Virus record (IMG/VR): IMGVR_UViG_3300047157_000171
DNA: 64,000 nt
Strand: one strand, 5' to 3'
From: a virus
In this document: in pieces, positions 1 through 9,691 of the stretch
Numbering within the stretch: position 1 is the first letter of the stretch
Layout: every line of letters starts with the position of its first letter
Position numbers and translations under genes: made by a program
Notes under the pieces: generated by a model
Database searches by the model: none
What the model was told of the DNA's origin: nothing
The model's input: the letters and a program-made list of their open reading frames with translations, nothing else

Positions 1-8
1 ATACTATT

Positions 9-470
9 ATGGGTGGTATTTATGAGTATAACCCATATGAAATGATAGAAAGAAAGGTAACGGACAGACACTTAAGACTATCGTTTAATGATGATTTTTT
101 CGATAGAAAAACGATAAATGGGACTACATACCCTAATGGACCTGAAGGTTACTATTATAACCCACATTTTGAATATAAGTTAAGGGTCTATTCGGATTAT
201 ATTGAAGAGTCTGACACTGGCGACATATATAACTTACCATCATATGCCAAATACTTTCAAAAAGAAAATGTTTGGAAATGGAGAGATATATGGTCAAAAG
301 GTTATGTTAATGCTGAGGGATTAGGTGTTGATTATCCGTTTATAAATGGATGTCATTACATTAATAATGTTGAAAATTTATATATAAAACCAGATACCAT
401 TGATGGTGTGACTAATAGTAGAGTAGAAGATACTCGAATAAACCCATTCTTAATTGACGATTGTGAGTAA
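9..470 (+). CDS. C-terminal part of a probable virion structural protein (frame open to the window edge)
   Basis: Frame stays open upstream of the ATG at 9; overlaps the next gene; structural gene context. Confidence 0.55.
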   Translation: MGGIYEYNPYEMIERKVTDRHLRLSFNDDFFDRKTINGTTYPNGPEGYYYNPHFEYKLRVYSDYIEESDTGDIYNLPSYAKYFQKENVWKWRDIWSKGYVNAEGLGVDYPFINGCHYINNVENLYIKPDTIDGVTNSRVEDTRINPFLIDDCE

Positions 471-1380
471 AGTACGAATAGTTAGAGGTAAGAGTTTAAA
501 CATCCCTATTAGTTTAGAGACTAAGTTTGATATTACAGGTCAGGAGGATTTGATTGAAAAGTTCTCTGACGATGTATTACAGGATATAATAAACCCTGTA
601 AAAGATTATGAGGTGTCTAAATTTATACATAATTACGATGATAGTGGGGATAACGGGTTATATATCGCAGCTTCATTTATAGATAAAAGTGGGGAGTCAC
701 CATTTTGGATTGACGAGTATTATCCACAAGGGTTTGAAGAACGAGAATTAGTATTATTTAGTAATGCGGTTAAAAACAGTTTTTTTAAGTTAGATTTTTT
801 CGACACAACCTCAAGAGAAAAACAGAAATTACAGTTAACCAAAATAATACCGATATATCTTTCAAATTTATCAATTTATGATGCCGATTATGACGGTATT
901 GCGGATTATGAGGATGATATGGTGGATATTGATGGTGACGGTGTTGATGATAACACTGCTGGAGGTGTTAGTGGTCCAAACGAGCAGGATTATATCGATG
1001 AGTTTGGGGATAGATTTGAGGATAGTAGTAAATTAACACGAATAGACGTTGGAACGTACATTGTCCCAAATATTTACTCGAATAATGTTAAAAATAATGA
1101 AGTTTCTGATTTATTTGTTTTTAAAAGTTTAAGTACAAAACCCTTTAACGAGTTTTATATGGGTTGTAGATTTTTTAATGCGAAGACAGGTGATGTGGTT
1201 AGAATGACTAATGACCCATTAGTTGATTCAGGGATAAACCCTAAAAAAGATTTTTACTATAAAGTTAAATTAAATAGACAGAAATTGACTTATGAAATTT
1301 ATGATTATAGTGATGGTGTTGAAGGGGAAAGAGTAGGTGATTCAGAAGATAACCCATTAATGTTTTATCAAATGTTATAA
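454..1380 (+). CDS. Hypothetical virion protein with acidic DxDxDG Ca-binding-like motifs
   Basis: 308 aa; DADYDGIADYEDDMVDIDGDGVDDN at 880-954; coupled to both neighbours. Confidence 0.6.
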   Translation: MTIVSKVRIVRGKSLNIPISLETKFDITGQEDLIEKFSDDVLQDIINPVKDYEVSKFIHNYDDSGDNGLYIAASFIDKSGESPFWIDEYYPQGFEERELVLFSNAVKNSFFKLDFFDTTSREKQKLQLTKIIPIYLSNLSIYDADYDGIADYEDDMVDIDGDGVDDNTAGGVSGPNEQDYIDEFGDRFEDSSKLTRIDVGTYIVPNIYSNNVKNNEVSDLFVFKSLSTKPFNEFYMGCRFFNAKTGDVVRMTNDPLVDSGINPKKDFYYKVKLNRQKLTYEIYDYSDGVEGERVGDSEDNPLMFYQML

Positions 1381-2339
1381 TGAAAAAGACAATTAAAAAA
1401 ATATCAGACAATACTAATTACCGTCTTAAGGTTTATTTAGAGCAAGATTACGACAATGTTGGTTTATATACTCCGACTGATGGTGATATTGGTCATATTG
1501 ATGTATTATGTAATTTTGTTGTTCAAACCAATGAGAATGATACGACAGTTAAATTACGTGATAGTGTTAATGACGATAAATATAAATTTATGAAAAGTCT
1601 TTCGTATAATGTTGATTGGGGTGACGGAAATCAAAACACATACCAAGTTAACGGTGTATTAAACACACATCAATATAGTGGTAATGGTTCGTATGATATA
1701 ACACTTACAATTGATACTCCGTGGGGTAGAAATAAACAGGTAAAGAAAGTGACAGTCCCTTCAAATATTGATATTACGTTTGACGTTAATGCGACCACTC
1801 CCGAGAGTTTAGGGTATGACTACGAAATGTTATCGTATGTTAATACTTCAGGTGTTATAATATGTGATGGTGGGGTTAGTCGTTTAAATGAATTAAGAAG
1901 ATATGGCGCAAATGGATTACAGGCTACTATTACCGAGGTTGAGGGTAAATCGGGAATTGACGGTATATCTCAGATAACTAGTGGGTTATCAACAACAAAT
2001 ATGGTTTATGTATATTTCATTGATGGGATTAAGTATATGGATGATGAGGAAACGGGATACACCACGATTAGTGTTTATCCGTCTTTATTTACGGATGGAC
2101 AAAATGAAGGATTTACTCACGAACTTTTGAGTATGGATACAGGTCCTGTGGTACATCAAGAGGTATTTCATGGGATAACAAACGAAATTGAGATACAATC
2201 AGATATCTTTATTGAGAGAGGTAAACAGGCTCCATTTGAGTTCTATTATAAGATGGGTGAGGTATCCAATATGAAGGAACTTGAACAGAATGGAAATAAA
2301 TTCTTCAAGATTAACGATTCTGATGATATTAGGGACTAA
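1380..2339 (+). CDS. PKD-domain virion protein
   Basis: YNVDWGDG...THQYSGNGSYDITLTI is a PKD signature. Confidence 0.65.
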   Translation: MKKTIKKISDNTNYRLKVYLEQDYDNVGLYTPTDGDIGHIDVLCNFVVQTNENDTTVKLRDSVNDDKYKFMKSLSYNVDWGDGNQNTYQVNGVLNTHQYSGNGSYDITLTIDTPWGRNKQVKKVTVPSNIDITFDVNATTPESLGYDYEMLSYVNTSGVIICDGGVSRLNELRRYGANGLQATITEVEGKSGIDGISQITSGLSTTNMVYVYFIDGIKYMDDEETGYTTISVYPSLFTDGQNEGFTHELLSMDTGPVVHQEVFHGITNEIEIQSDIFIERGKQAPFEFYYKMGEVSNMKELEQNGNKFFKINDSDDIRD

Positions 2340-2356
2340 AAAATTTAATAAAATAC

Positions 2357-2364
2357 TATTTATA
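2357..2364 (+). promoter_or_regulatory. Putative phage late-promoter motif TATTTAT(A/T), first of 11 intergenic copies
   Basis: Also at 9672, 20145, 34827, 41723, 43056, 48505, 56052, 58472, 61995 and on the minus strand at 36689; each lies shortly upstream of a start codon. Confidence 0.6.
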
Positions 2365-2379
2365 ATAATATAAAAAGAG

Positions 2380-3288
2380 ATGGCAACAGGTAATTACGGA
2401 ATAAAGAGACCAGCAGATGTTACACCTTCCGATGTGGAGGTTTTTTTACATTATGCTTCAGATAGAGATTCGAATACGGCACCAGTGTTTAAAAAATTAA
2501 ATGCTAGTGATATTTTGTCACCTGTTTTCCATAACGATGTGACAGGTGGTACTCAAGAAACAGAGATGTTAGGGGGTTTATATAACTTAACACTTGAAAG
2601 TGGAGAATTTTCAGATTTAGGGGTGTATAACTTATACATCAGACCAAAAGAAATAAGAACGAATATCACAGATTGTGGTGTGTTATTAACATTACCAAAC
2701 GTTAAGGGGTTGATATTTGACGTATCAAGTATACCATCAGAAGATAGAGGTAAATTTGTGAATAACGGATTGGTTGGGTACAGAATTGAATACTTAGACG
2801 ATAGTGGTAAAAAGATTAGTAACTTCTATAGAGTTATAACGAGTAGTTTTTTCTGTGAACCGATTGTTGCTAATTTAACAAATACAAATCAAAAATCTTT
2901 AAGATATAGATATACGAGTAATCCTACGAGTTTAGTATATTGTACTGTAACTCCGAGTACTGCTCCAACAAATAATCCAAATGAGATTCCATTTATTGGT
3001 GAACCAAACCAAAATGTTATCTTAACCAATACTTACTTTAACCCTGTACACATGGAGGTTGAGTTAGTAGAACACGACGAACAAACATTAGCATACGCAT
3101 TGTATGGTAATCAAACTAAGTCAATTGAAGACGGAATATACACGATTTACGATAAAGAGAATAATATATACAGACAGTATAACTTATTTGAAATACGTGA
3201 TGAAATTAATAATAAATTATATGAGGTCCGTGAAGATAGAATTGATGACATCGACACGTCCAAAGGTTTTGATAATATAGCGAATTAA
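2380..3288 (+). CDS. Hypothetical structural protein (tail/baseplate region)
   Basis: 302 aa; TATTTATA upstream; TAATG-coupled to the 2112-aa gene. Confidence 0.55.
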   Translation: MATGNYGIKRPADVTPSDVEVFLHYASDRDSNTAPVFKKLNASDILSPVFHNDVTGGTQETEMLGGLYNLTLESGEFSDLGVYNLYIRPKEIRTNITDCGVLLTLPNVKGLIFDVSSIPSEDRGKFVNNGLVGYRIEYLDDSGKKISNFYRVITSSFFCEPIVANLTNTNQKSLRYRYTSNPTSLVYCTVTPSTAPTNNPNEIPFIGEPNQNVILTNTYFNPVHMEVELVEHDEQTLAYALYGNQTKSIEDGIYTIYDKENNIYRQYNLFEIRDEINNKLYEVREDRIDDIDTSKGFDNIAN

Positions 3289-6200
3289 TGGCAAACATTA
3301 GATTTCCTTCTAACGGTAGTGGTACATTCTCAGATGGTCTTGTAGGGGGTCAGAATACTGAGGGTAATGATTTCACGCAGAAAAACTTTTCTGAAGAAGG
3401 AACTCCTGTTGTTAGAGATACTAAAAGTTTTACAACTTCAGATTTTTCTAAACCAATTTCTTTAGAGGACTTAAACAGTGAGGAATCGATTAAAGAGGTT
3501 AGTAAACTATTTGACCAATCATTAAAAATAAAGTTTAACACTGAAAAGGGGTCCAAAGATTTGTTTGGTTCTGCTTTCTTAAGAGCTAAGGTTGCGGTTG
3601 AGAATATCGCAAACACATTTCCAGCGTCTTTAAGAGTGTTTAAAACAACAACCGACGCTCAGACCGTTGATACGGCATATGACGTTGTAAACAATCTACA
3701 ATTTAATACCACGACCTTTAAAATACCATTAAGAGCGATTAGAAATCCATTAGGGATTGAATATAGTAATATTGGTTTAAAAGTTTTCGATGGACAATAT
3801 GATTCTGATAGAAACTTCGCTAAAGAATTTACAAAATATGTTTTATTGTTTTCGGGTGTTGAATATAAAATTAAAAAGGTTTTATTACCAGAAGACAGAT
3901 ATAATGGTGAACTATCAATTACTGTTCACGGAAAACCATTTACAGGTTCAACACAGGAAGAATTCTACATTAAGTTAAACGACATCTTATTTGAGAAGAA
4001 GTTTGAACTAATGGACGATTTTGAACAATTATTATTAGATAGAGAGAACGTTCCATTATACGAGGCTAAGTTTAAAGTCCCTAAAGAAACGAGTGACGGT
4101 AGTTTGTATTTTGGTGATGAAAAGATAAAATGGGAATTGTCCGATGACTTTAACATTGTAGTTGAAGGGGATAAATTTGAAAGATATTTAGAGAAGTTAT
4201 TTGAAACGTGTGAAGTTATTGATAACTACAAGGCGAATTTAATTGCTCGTTTTTTAAGTACGGCTTCTTTACAAGAGTTTGATACGGAAGGTCAAAAAGT
4301 TAAGAAAATATTCCAACTATATGGTAGGTTTTTCGATGATGTAAAGAAATTCATAGACAATATTGCGTATATGAACAATGTTACGTATGATAAGATTAAT
4401 AACGTACCCGATTTACTATTAAAGAACTTGGCTGGGTTATTAGGATTGGATGTGATAACCTCAATTACGGACCGTAACATCGAAGAGTACTTATATAAGA
4501 AAAAAGACAGTCAGTTTGATGGGTTAACAAAAGGAAAAACACCATTTGAGACTGACATTGAAATATATAGAAGAATAATATTAAATTCGGCGTACCTATT
4601 CAAATCTAAAGGTACGAGAAAACCCCTTAGATTCTTATTGAGTTTTATTGGGGCACCTGAATCATTTGTTGAGATAAACGAATACGTTTATAAGGTTATA
4701 AACCGAATTGATTACGATAAGTTTTCTGAAAAATTAGATAACGTTATTGATGGTGAGTGGTTTGAATCTGACGTAGACTTCAAAACGATAAAAGTTTGGA
4801 GTGAAATTAAAGAGGAATGGTTAGATAAGTCGGATTTCCAAAAGAAATATCCAAATGTTGAAATAGACGTATTAGGGTATTTAGAGAATGGTCAACTACC
4901 TGACGGTGAGAATCATGGTGATGCTTATATTTTAGATAAAGAACTGATTAGTGTTGAAGTACAGAAATCGGGTGGGGTATACAATGTTGATGACTATCCA
5001 ATAGAGAGAGTTGGTACTTCAGACAATTCAATACCTAAGACTCCTACGATAACTAACGACTACTTCTTCCAAAAGGGTGCTGGTTGGTTTGAAAGGACAG
5101 ATTCACATAAGTCTGTTTCGGTATTGGATGAAGAAAGGTCTGATTTGACAACTTCACCAAAAACAATTAAGACAAAATTTGAAGATTTCACTTATGGTGA
5201 GAAATTCTATGATAGATATAAAAATTTCCCAAACTTCGATGATGGTTGGGAGTTAAAGGCTGACATCGACAATAAGAAGTCAGATTCAGACACAAACAAG
5301 TTTATATTAAACAGAAAGAACGTTGATATATTCCTTAACCCTGGTCGAGCGGTGTTATTTGATTTTGTAAGAACATATCAAAAACACTCATTATCGTATT
5401 CAGGTGTATTATTAAACAATTTAACATTTGCTCAATTCTCTGAATATGGTTTTTGGAACGGAGTTGAAGTGGGTAAAGGTAAGTACGGAAAGAAATATTG
5501 GGATTTAATCGAATTATTTAAGGATTACTATGAAAGTGGGTTAGGTAAGGCGTATGATTATGACTTAACGTATGCGTACTTAAACAAAATTAGTACATAT
5601 TGGATACGTTTAGTTGAACAGTTTATACCGGCAACTACTTTATGGTTTACTGGTGAAAAAGTTGAGAACCATAATCTACATAGACCAAAGTTTAATTGGG
5701 AAGAACCGTGTAGAAACGATGTTATGTCATTAGACTTATCATTGGCGAAGACATTATATGAGACATTAATTGACTCATTAAAAAAATATAAGAATATACC
5801 TGACTGTTACGAAAGATTATATCGTTATGGTAATTGGTATTTACAGGTAAAAATAAACGACAAAATATACCAAATAGGGGGTAAAGAGTGGACACATTTC
5901 TTTACTTCGACTGAGTCTGATAAGATGGGTTCGTGTAATTTGGATAATGCTCAACCTGGTAGTCCTGACACGTGTCCACAATACGACAATCCGATTTATA
6001 TGTTATGTGATTTTGAAACATACGTAACGTGTTATCCTGATGAATGTAAAGATTTTGTGACCACTATTGTTCAGATGTTGTCACAAATATCTAAAGACAT
6101 ATATAGAGATGAGATTGCTGATAAAGTTAGTGATTGTGATTTTTTATGTGATAACGACGATGGATTGACGTATGTCGCTGACACAGTATTTGGTTCTACT

Positions 6201-9200
6201 ATAAAGACGACTAGTCCAGAGGTTGAAGGGTTAAGTGCTTTTGAGATTGAAGGATTTAAAGATGGTGAGTTTTGTTATGATTGTCATAACGAGATAAAGT
6301 TAATAACCAATAGTTACTGTGGAGAATGTTTCGATATAGATTCGTTAGAAATAGGGATGAAAGTTATTATTAATGAGGGTGAAGGACAAGATGACTGTAA
6401 AGACAGATGTTTTGTGTTGGAGAACATTCCGTTTAGTATTGACCAAAGTCAGTTCGGAGGTGTTCACTATGACGTAAATTACCCTGACCATCATATAGAT
6501 ATGTTAGACCCGAGGGGTACTGTATTTTTAACTGAAAAGTTTGAAGTTGTTAAATGCGTGGACTACGATAAAGTATATCATGGGACGTATCAGTATGTCG
6601 GTGGGTTAGACACAATAGACAGGTTTCCTGTGTATAAACACATAACTGAAGACATTTATCTTTCGTGTTATCCTGATGCGCCTGAATCGGTTAATGGTGA
6701 CTTTATGTTTACTGAAGGACCTAAAGGTTCGTATACTCAGATATATGGTAAATTATCGGATAAAAACTTATTAGACTTCACAAACGTATTCACACATTCA
6801 TTAGAATGGGAAATTGACGACTGTATAACAGTTGATGATTTAGAAGAAGACCAAAATGTTATCAGACACCGTTATGCTACGGGTGATAGTATTGGTATTT
6901 GTGATAGAGTTAATGACGATGGGTTTGATTATGTGAAAATATGGTTACATGGTGGGACTTTTGAAGCTCAAGACGGTACCACTTTACCTTATGATATGTT
7001 CTTTGATTGTAAAGAAGATTTGGTTGAGGGAGAAACTATATGGTATGACGAAGCTGGTGATGTTTTTATAGTTAAGATTAAATCAGGAGAGAATAGGTTG
7101 ATACATGCTTATGACCAATCGGGTGCTCCGATACACATATATTTAAAAGAAAGAAACACCGTGTTGGTGGGTCTTGATTTTGAAACGGACTTAGAAACTA
7201 TCGACGAATATGGTGGTTACGGTCAATATGGTGGTTACGGAGGTTATGGTAGTTACACTTCTTACGGTGGTTACGGTCAATATGGTGGTTACGGAGGATA
7301 TGGTGGTTACGGAGGGTATTTCTGTTACGGAAACGAATATCTTTTTTATTCAAATATAAATCCTTATTGTATTGGTAGACTTGATTATGAGATAAGACCT
7401 GAGTGTCAAGGTTATTTAACGGATACTGAATTTTATAGGGTTAAAGGAGAAACAATACCATACGAAATAACTATTGATGAGGTAATTGTCGGTGAAAATG
7501 TTGAAACAGTTAGGGTTCAGGATATTAATGTCGGTGATTTAATTATCGCTGCGAGTCCTAATTACGGAGAAATGGATTTCTGTGATTACTCGGAGTTCCA
7601 ATATGGGAATGAAAGTATTGTGTGTAATTACACAAAAAACATTAAAATGGTTCCTGTGATGAGTACATCATGTGGGAGAATATATAAATACATTAATATT
7701 AATGAAGGTAGGGTTAAAGTGGAATTCCATCATAATATTTTAGTATTAGAGGATTTAAACAAAACGAATTCAAACGACTTATTAACAACGTGTTATACTG
7801 AAGCACCTACAAAACCAATTGGAACGATTTACAACTTAGACGGGACACCATCACAGGTGTTTTATGATAATGAATATCAGATAGTTGGTAAACCGGCTAA
7901 TGAGATTAGTATCGGTGATTATATAATAACAACAGAAGAGTGTGGTGTAATTGAAGTAAAGAGTTTGGTTTATGATGATTACTGTGATGAGGGTCTGTTT
8001 AATGACAAGTATCAAATTAAGTTTGATGAGGATATGTTTGCGTGGTATAGACCTAAAGACGGATATGATACAATATATATCAACGATAAATGTGTTCCTT
8101 ATTGTGAGTTAATATGTTGTGATGAAATAGAGATGTGTATTGACGACATAAGTATTAGTGGTATTTGTATTGACGATATAAGTTACGTTATTGGTGATGT
8201 ACCAACAACAACTACATCAACTACAGAGGAGGTTACAACAACCACAACTACTAAGGATAGACGTTACTACGACTACTTCAACGACAGAGGAGCCGTTACA
8301 ACAACCACAACTACTGAAAAAGACGTTACAACTACTACGACTACAGAAAAACCATGTGTTTGTTATAAAACAAACCCTTATGATGATAGAATGTTTGTGG
8401 TTTACAAAAATTGTGATGGAAATCAGATAACAATAAATAAAACATGTAACTCTACTATCTGTCAGGGGATTGAATTTTCAGCTACGGAAATATTGAGTGG
8501 ACAATCGGAAGTTTTTATTGTTGATTGTGAAGATAAAACAACAACTACTTCTACAACAGAAGAACCGACAACAACGACTAGTACGACTAAGGATATAACG
8601 ACAACGACTAGTACGACTAAGGATATAACGACAACGACTAGTACAACAGAAGAACCAACAACAACGACTAGTACGACAGAAGATAAGACGACTACCACTT
8701 CTACTACAGAGGATAAGACAACAACCACTTCTACGACTAAGGATATAACAACAACCACTTCTACAACAGAAGAGCCGACAACGACTACCTCTACGACTAA
8801 GGATAGGACTACTACTACTTCTACAACGGAAGAACCGACAACAACGACTAGTACAACAGAGGATATGACAACGACTACTTCTACAACAGAAGTTGAACCG
8901 TTATGTGTTTGTATAGAATTTACACATATTTCTACGGGACCTGGAAGACATATTGGGTATTATGACGATTGTGATGGTATTCAGAGAGAGATAATGGTAA
9001 ACCCATTAGAAAGTGAAAAAGTGTGTGGTACCGGGTTAAATATATCAACATCAGATGGTAAATTAATTTACCAAGTAGGTGAGGAATGTGACATTTATAG
9101 AAAATGTCCAAGCGATGAAACGACAACAACGACAAGTTTTAGAGAACCTGACGACCCAACAACAACCACTTCTACAACAGAAGAGCCGACAACAACAACT

Positions 9201-9626
9201 TCAACCACTATGGGTGACGGTGGTTCGGGTCCGATTACAACGACAACAACTAGAGGAAATAATGAAACAACTTATTGTGTTAATTTTGATTGGTTAGGTT
9301 CTCAGGTAATACCACAATCCTCAGGTAAGGCATATGCTGATAGTACAACAGTTAGTCAAATAACTGAATTCTATTTATATGATGTCGCTTGTGGAAATGG
9401 TGATTTTGATACATTAGCAAACGCATTAACCACGGGTTATGGTCTTACGGTTAGTAGAGGTAATTCGACGGCTAACTTTACTCTTAATTCGTTGACAAAT
9501 AATAGTCAAATGAACTATTGGACTTTAGGGGTTACTTATAATTCAGGAACAGTAACACAGGCGCCCGAAGGGTTACCATGTCATCAACCAAATAACTTCT
9601 GTTTCACACAACCAATACTAAGTTAA
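3288..9626 (+). CDS. Large baseplate-wedge/tail protein with YGG repeat, Hint-like region, Cys modules and Thr-rich tracts
   Basis: 2112 aa; LFKSKGTRKPLRFLLSFIG resembles P2 gpI-like baseplate motifs; low-complexity, Cys-rich C-terminal half. Confidence 0.65.
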   Translation: MANIRFPSNGSGTFSDGLVGGQNTEGNDFTQKNFSEEGTPVVRDTKSFTTSDFSKPISLEDLNSEESIKEVSKLFDQSLKIKFNTEKGSKDLFGSAFLRAKVAVENIANTFPASLRVFKTTTDAQTVDTAYDVVNNLQFNTTTFKIPLRAIRNPLGIEYSNIGLKVFDGQYDSDRNFAKEFTKYVLLFSGVEYKIKKVLLPEDRYNGELSITVHGKPFTGSTQEEFYIKLNDILFEKKFELMDDFEQLLLDRENVPLYEAKFKVPKETSDGSLYFGDEKIKWELSDDFNIVVEGDKFERYLEKLFETCEVIDNYKANLIARFLSTASLQEFDTEGQKVKKIFQLYGRFFDDVKKFIDNIAYMNNVTYDKINNVPDLLLKNLAGLLGLDVITSITDRNIEEYLYKKKDSQFDGLTKGKTPFETDIEIYRRIILNSAYLFKSKGTRKPLRFLLSFIGAPESFVEINEYVYKVINRIDYDKFSEKLDNVIDGEWFESDVDFKTIKVWSEIKEEWLDKSDFQKKYPNVEIDVLGYLENGQLPDGENHGDAYILDKELISVEVQKSGGVYNVDDYPIERVGTSDNSIPKTPTITNDYFFQKGAGWFERTDSHKSVSVLDEERSDLTTSPKTIKTKFEDFTYGEKFYDRYKNFPNFDDGWELKADIDNKKSDSDTNKFILNRKNVDIFLNPGRAVLFDFVRTYQKHSLSYSGVLLNNLTFAQFSEYGFWNGVEVGKGKYGKKYWDLIELFKDYYESGLGKAYDYDLTYAYLNKISTYWIRLVEQFIPATTLWFTGEKVENHNLHRPKFNWEEPCRNDVMSLDLSLAKTLYETLIDSLKKYKNIPDCYERLYRYGNWYLQVKINDKIYQIGGKEWTHFFTSTESDKMGSCNLDNAQPGSPDTCPQYDNPIYMLCDFETYVTCYPDECKDFVTTIVQMLSQISKDIYRDEIADKVSDCDFLCDNDDGLTYVADTVFGSTIKTTSPEVEGLSAFEIEGFKDGEFCYDCHNEIKLITNSYCGECFDIDSLEIGMKVIINEGEGQDDCKDRCFVLENIPFSIDQSQFGGVHYDVNYPDHHIDMLDPRGTVFLTEKFEVVKCVDYDKVYHGTYQYVGGLDTIDRFPVYKHITEDIYLSCYPDAPESVNGDFMFTEGPKGSYTQIYGKLSDKNLLDFTNVFTHSLEWEIDDCITVDDLEEDQNVIRHRYATGDSIGICDRVNDDGFDYVKIWLHGGTFEAQDGTTLPYDMFFDCKEDLVEGETIWYDEAGDVFIVKIKSGENRLIHAYDQSGAPIHIYLKERNTVLVGLDFETDLETIDEYGGYGQYGGYGGYGSYTSYGGYGQYGGYGGYGGYGGYFCYGNEYLFYSNINPYCIGRLDYEIRPECQGYLTDTEFYRVKGETIPYEITIDEVIVGENVETVRVQDINVGDLIIAASPNYGEMDFCDYSEFQYGNESIVCNYTKNIKMVPVMSTSCGRIYKYININEGRVKVEFHHNILVLEDLNKTNSNDLLTTCYTEAPTKPIGTIYNLDGTPSQVFYDNEYQIVGKPANEISIGDYIITTEECGVIEVKSLVYDDYCDEGLFNDKYQIKFDEDMFAWYRPKDGYDTIYINDKCVPYCELICCDEIEMCIDDISISGICIDDISYVIGDVPTTTTSTTEEVTTTTTTKDRRYYDYFNDRGAVTTTTTTEKDVTTTTTTEKPCVCYKTNPYDDRMFVVYKNCDGNQITINKTCNSTICQGIEFSATEILSGQSEVFIVDCEDKTTTTSTTEEPTTTTSTTKDITTTTSTTKDITTTTSTTEEPTTTTSTTEDKTTTTSTTEDKTTTTSTTKDITTTTSTTEEPTTTTSTTKDRTTTTSTTEEPTTTTSTTEDMTTTTSTTEVEPLCVCIEFTHISTGPGRHIGYYDDCDGIQREIMVNPLESEKVCGTGLNISTSDGKLIYQVGEECDIYRKCPSDETTTTTSFREPDDPTTTTSTTEEPTTTTSTTMGDGGSGPITTTTTRGNNETTYCVNFDWLGSQVIPQSSGKAYADSTTVSQITEFYLYDVACGNGDFDTLANALTTGYGLTVSRGNSTANFTLNSLTNNSQMNYWTLGVTYNSGTVTQAPEGLPCHQPNNFCFTQPILS
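7209..7331 (+). repeat. (YGG)n coding microrepeat
   Basis: YGGYGQYGGYGGYGSYTSYGGYGQYGGYGGYGGYGGYFCYG; near-identical 42-nt blocks at 7209 and 7263. Confidence 0.95.
8205..9255 (+). repeat. Mucin-like Thr-rich tandem repeats, 30-nt/10-aa unit (TTTTSTTEEP, TTTTSTTKDI)
   Basis: About a dozen units at 8540-8890 plus shorter tracts on both sides. Confidence 0.95.
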
Positions 9627-9691
9627 ATAAAAATATAAAGACAATAAGTAAAAGATTTAATAGAATAAATATATTTATATAATAAAAGAAA

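Noticed and set aside
7404-8106. Active intein
   Set aside because: No terminal His-Asn plus nucleophile and no homing endonuclease; kept only as a degenerate Hint-like domain
8462-8758. Val-rich minus-strand ORFs (also 9931-10185 and 9604-9879)
   Set aside because: Antisense shadows of the ACN Thr repeats
8191-9297. Gln/Leu-rich alternative-frame ORFs (8191-8430, 9079-9297)
   Set aside because: Frame-shifted readings of the Thr tracts inside the 2112-aa gene
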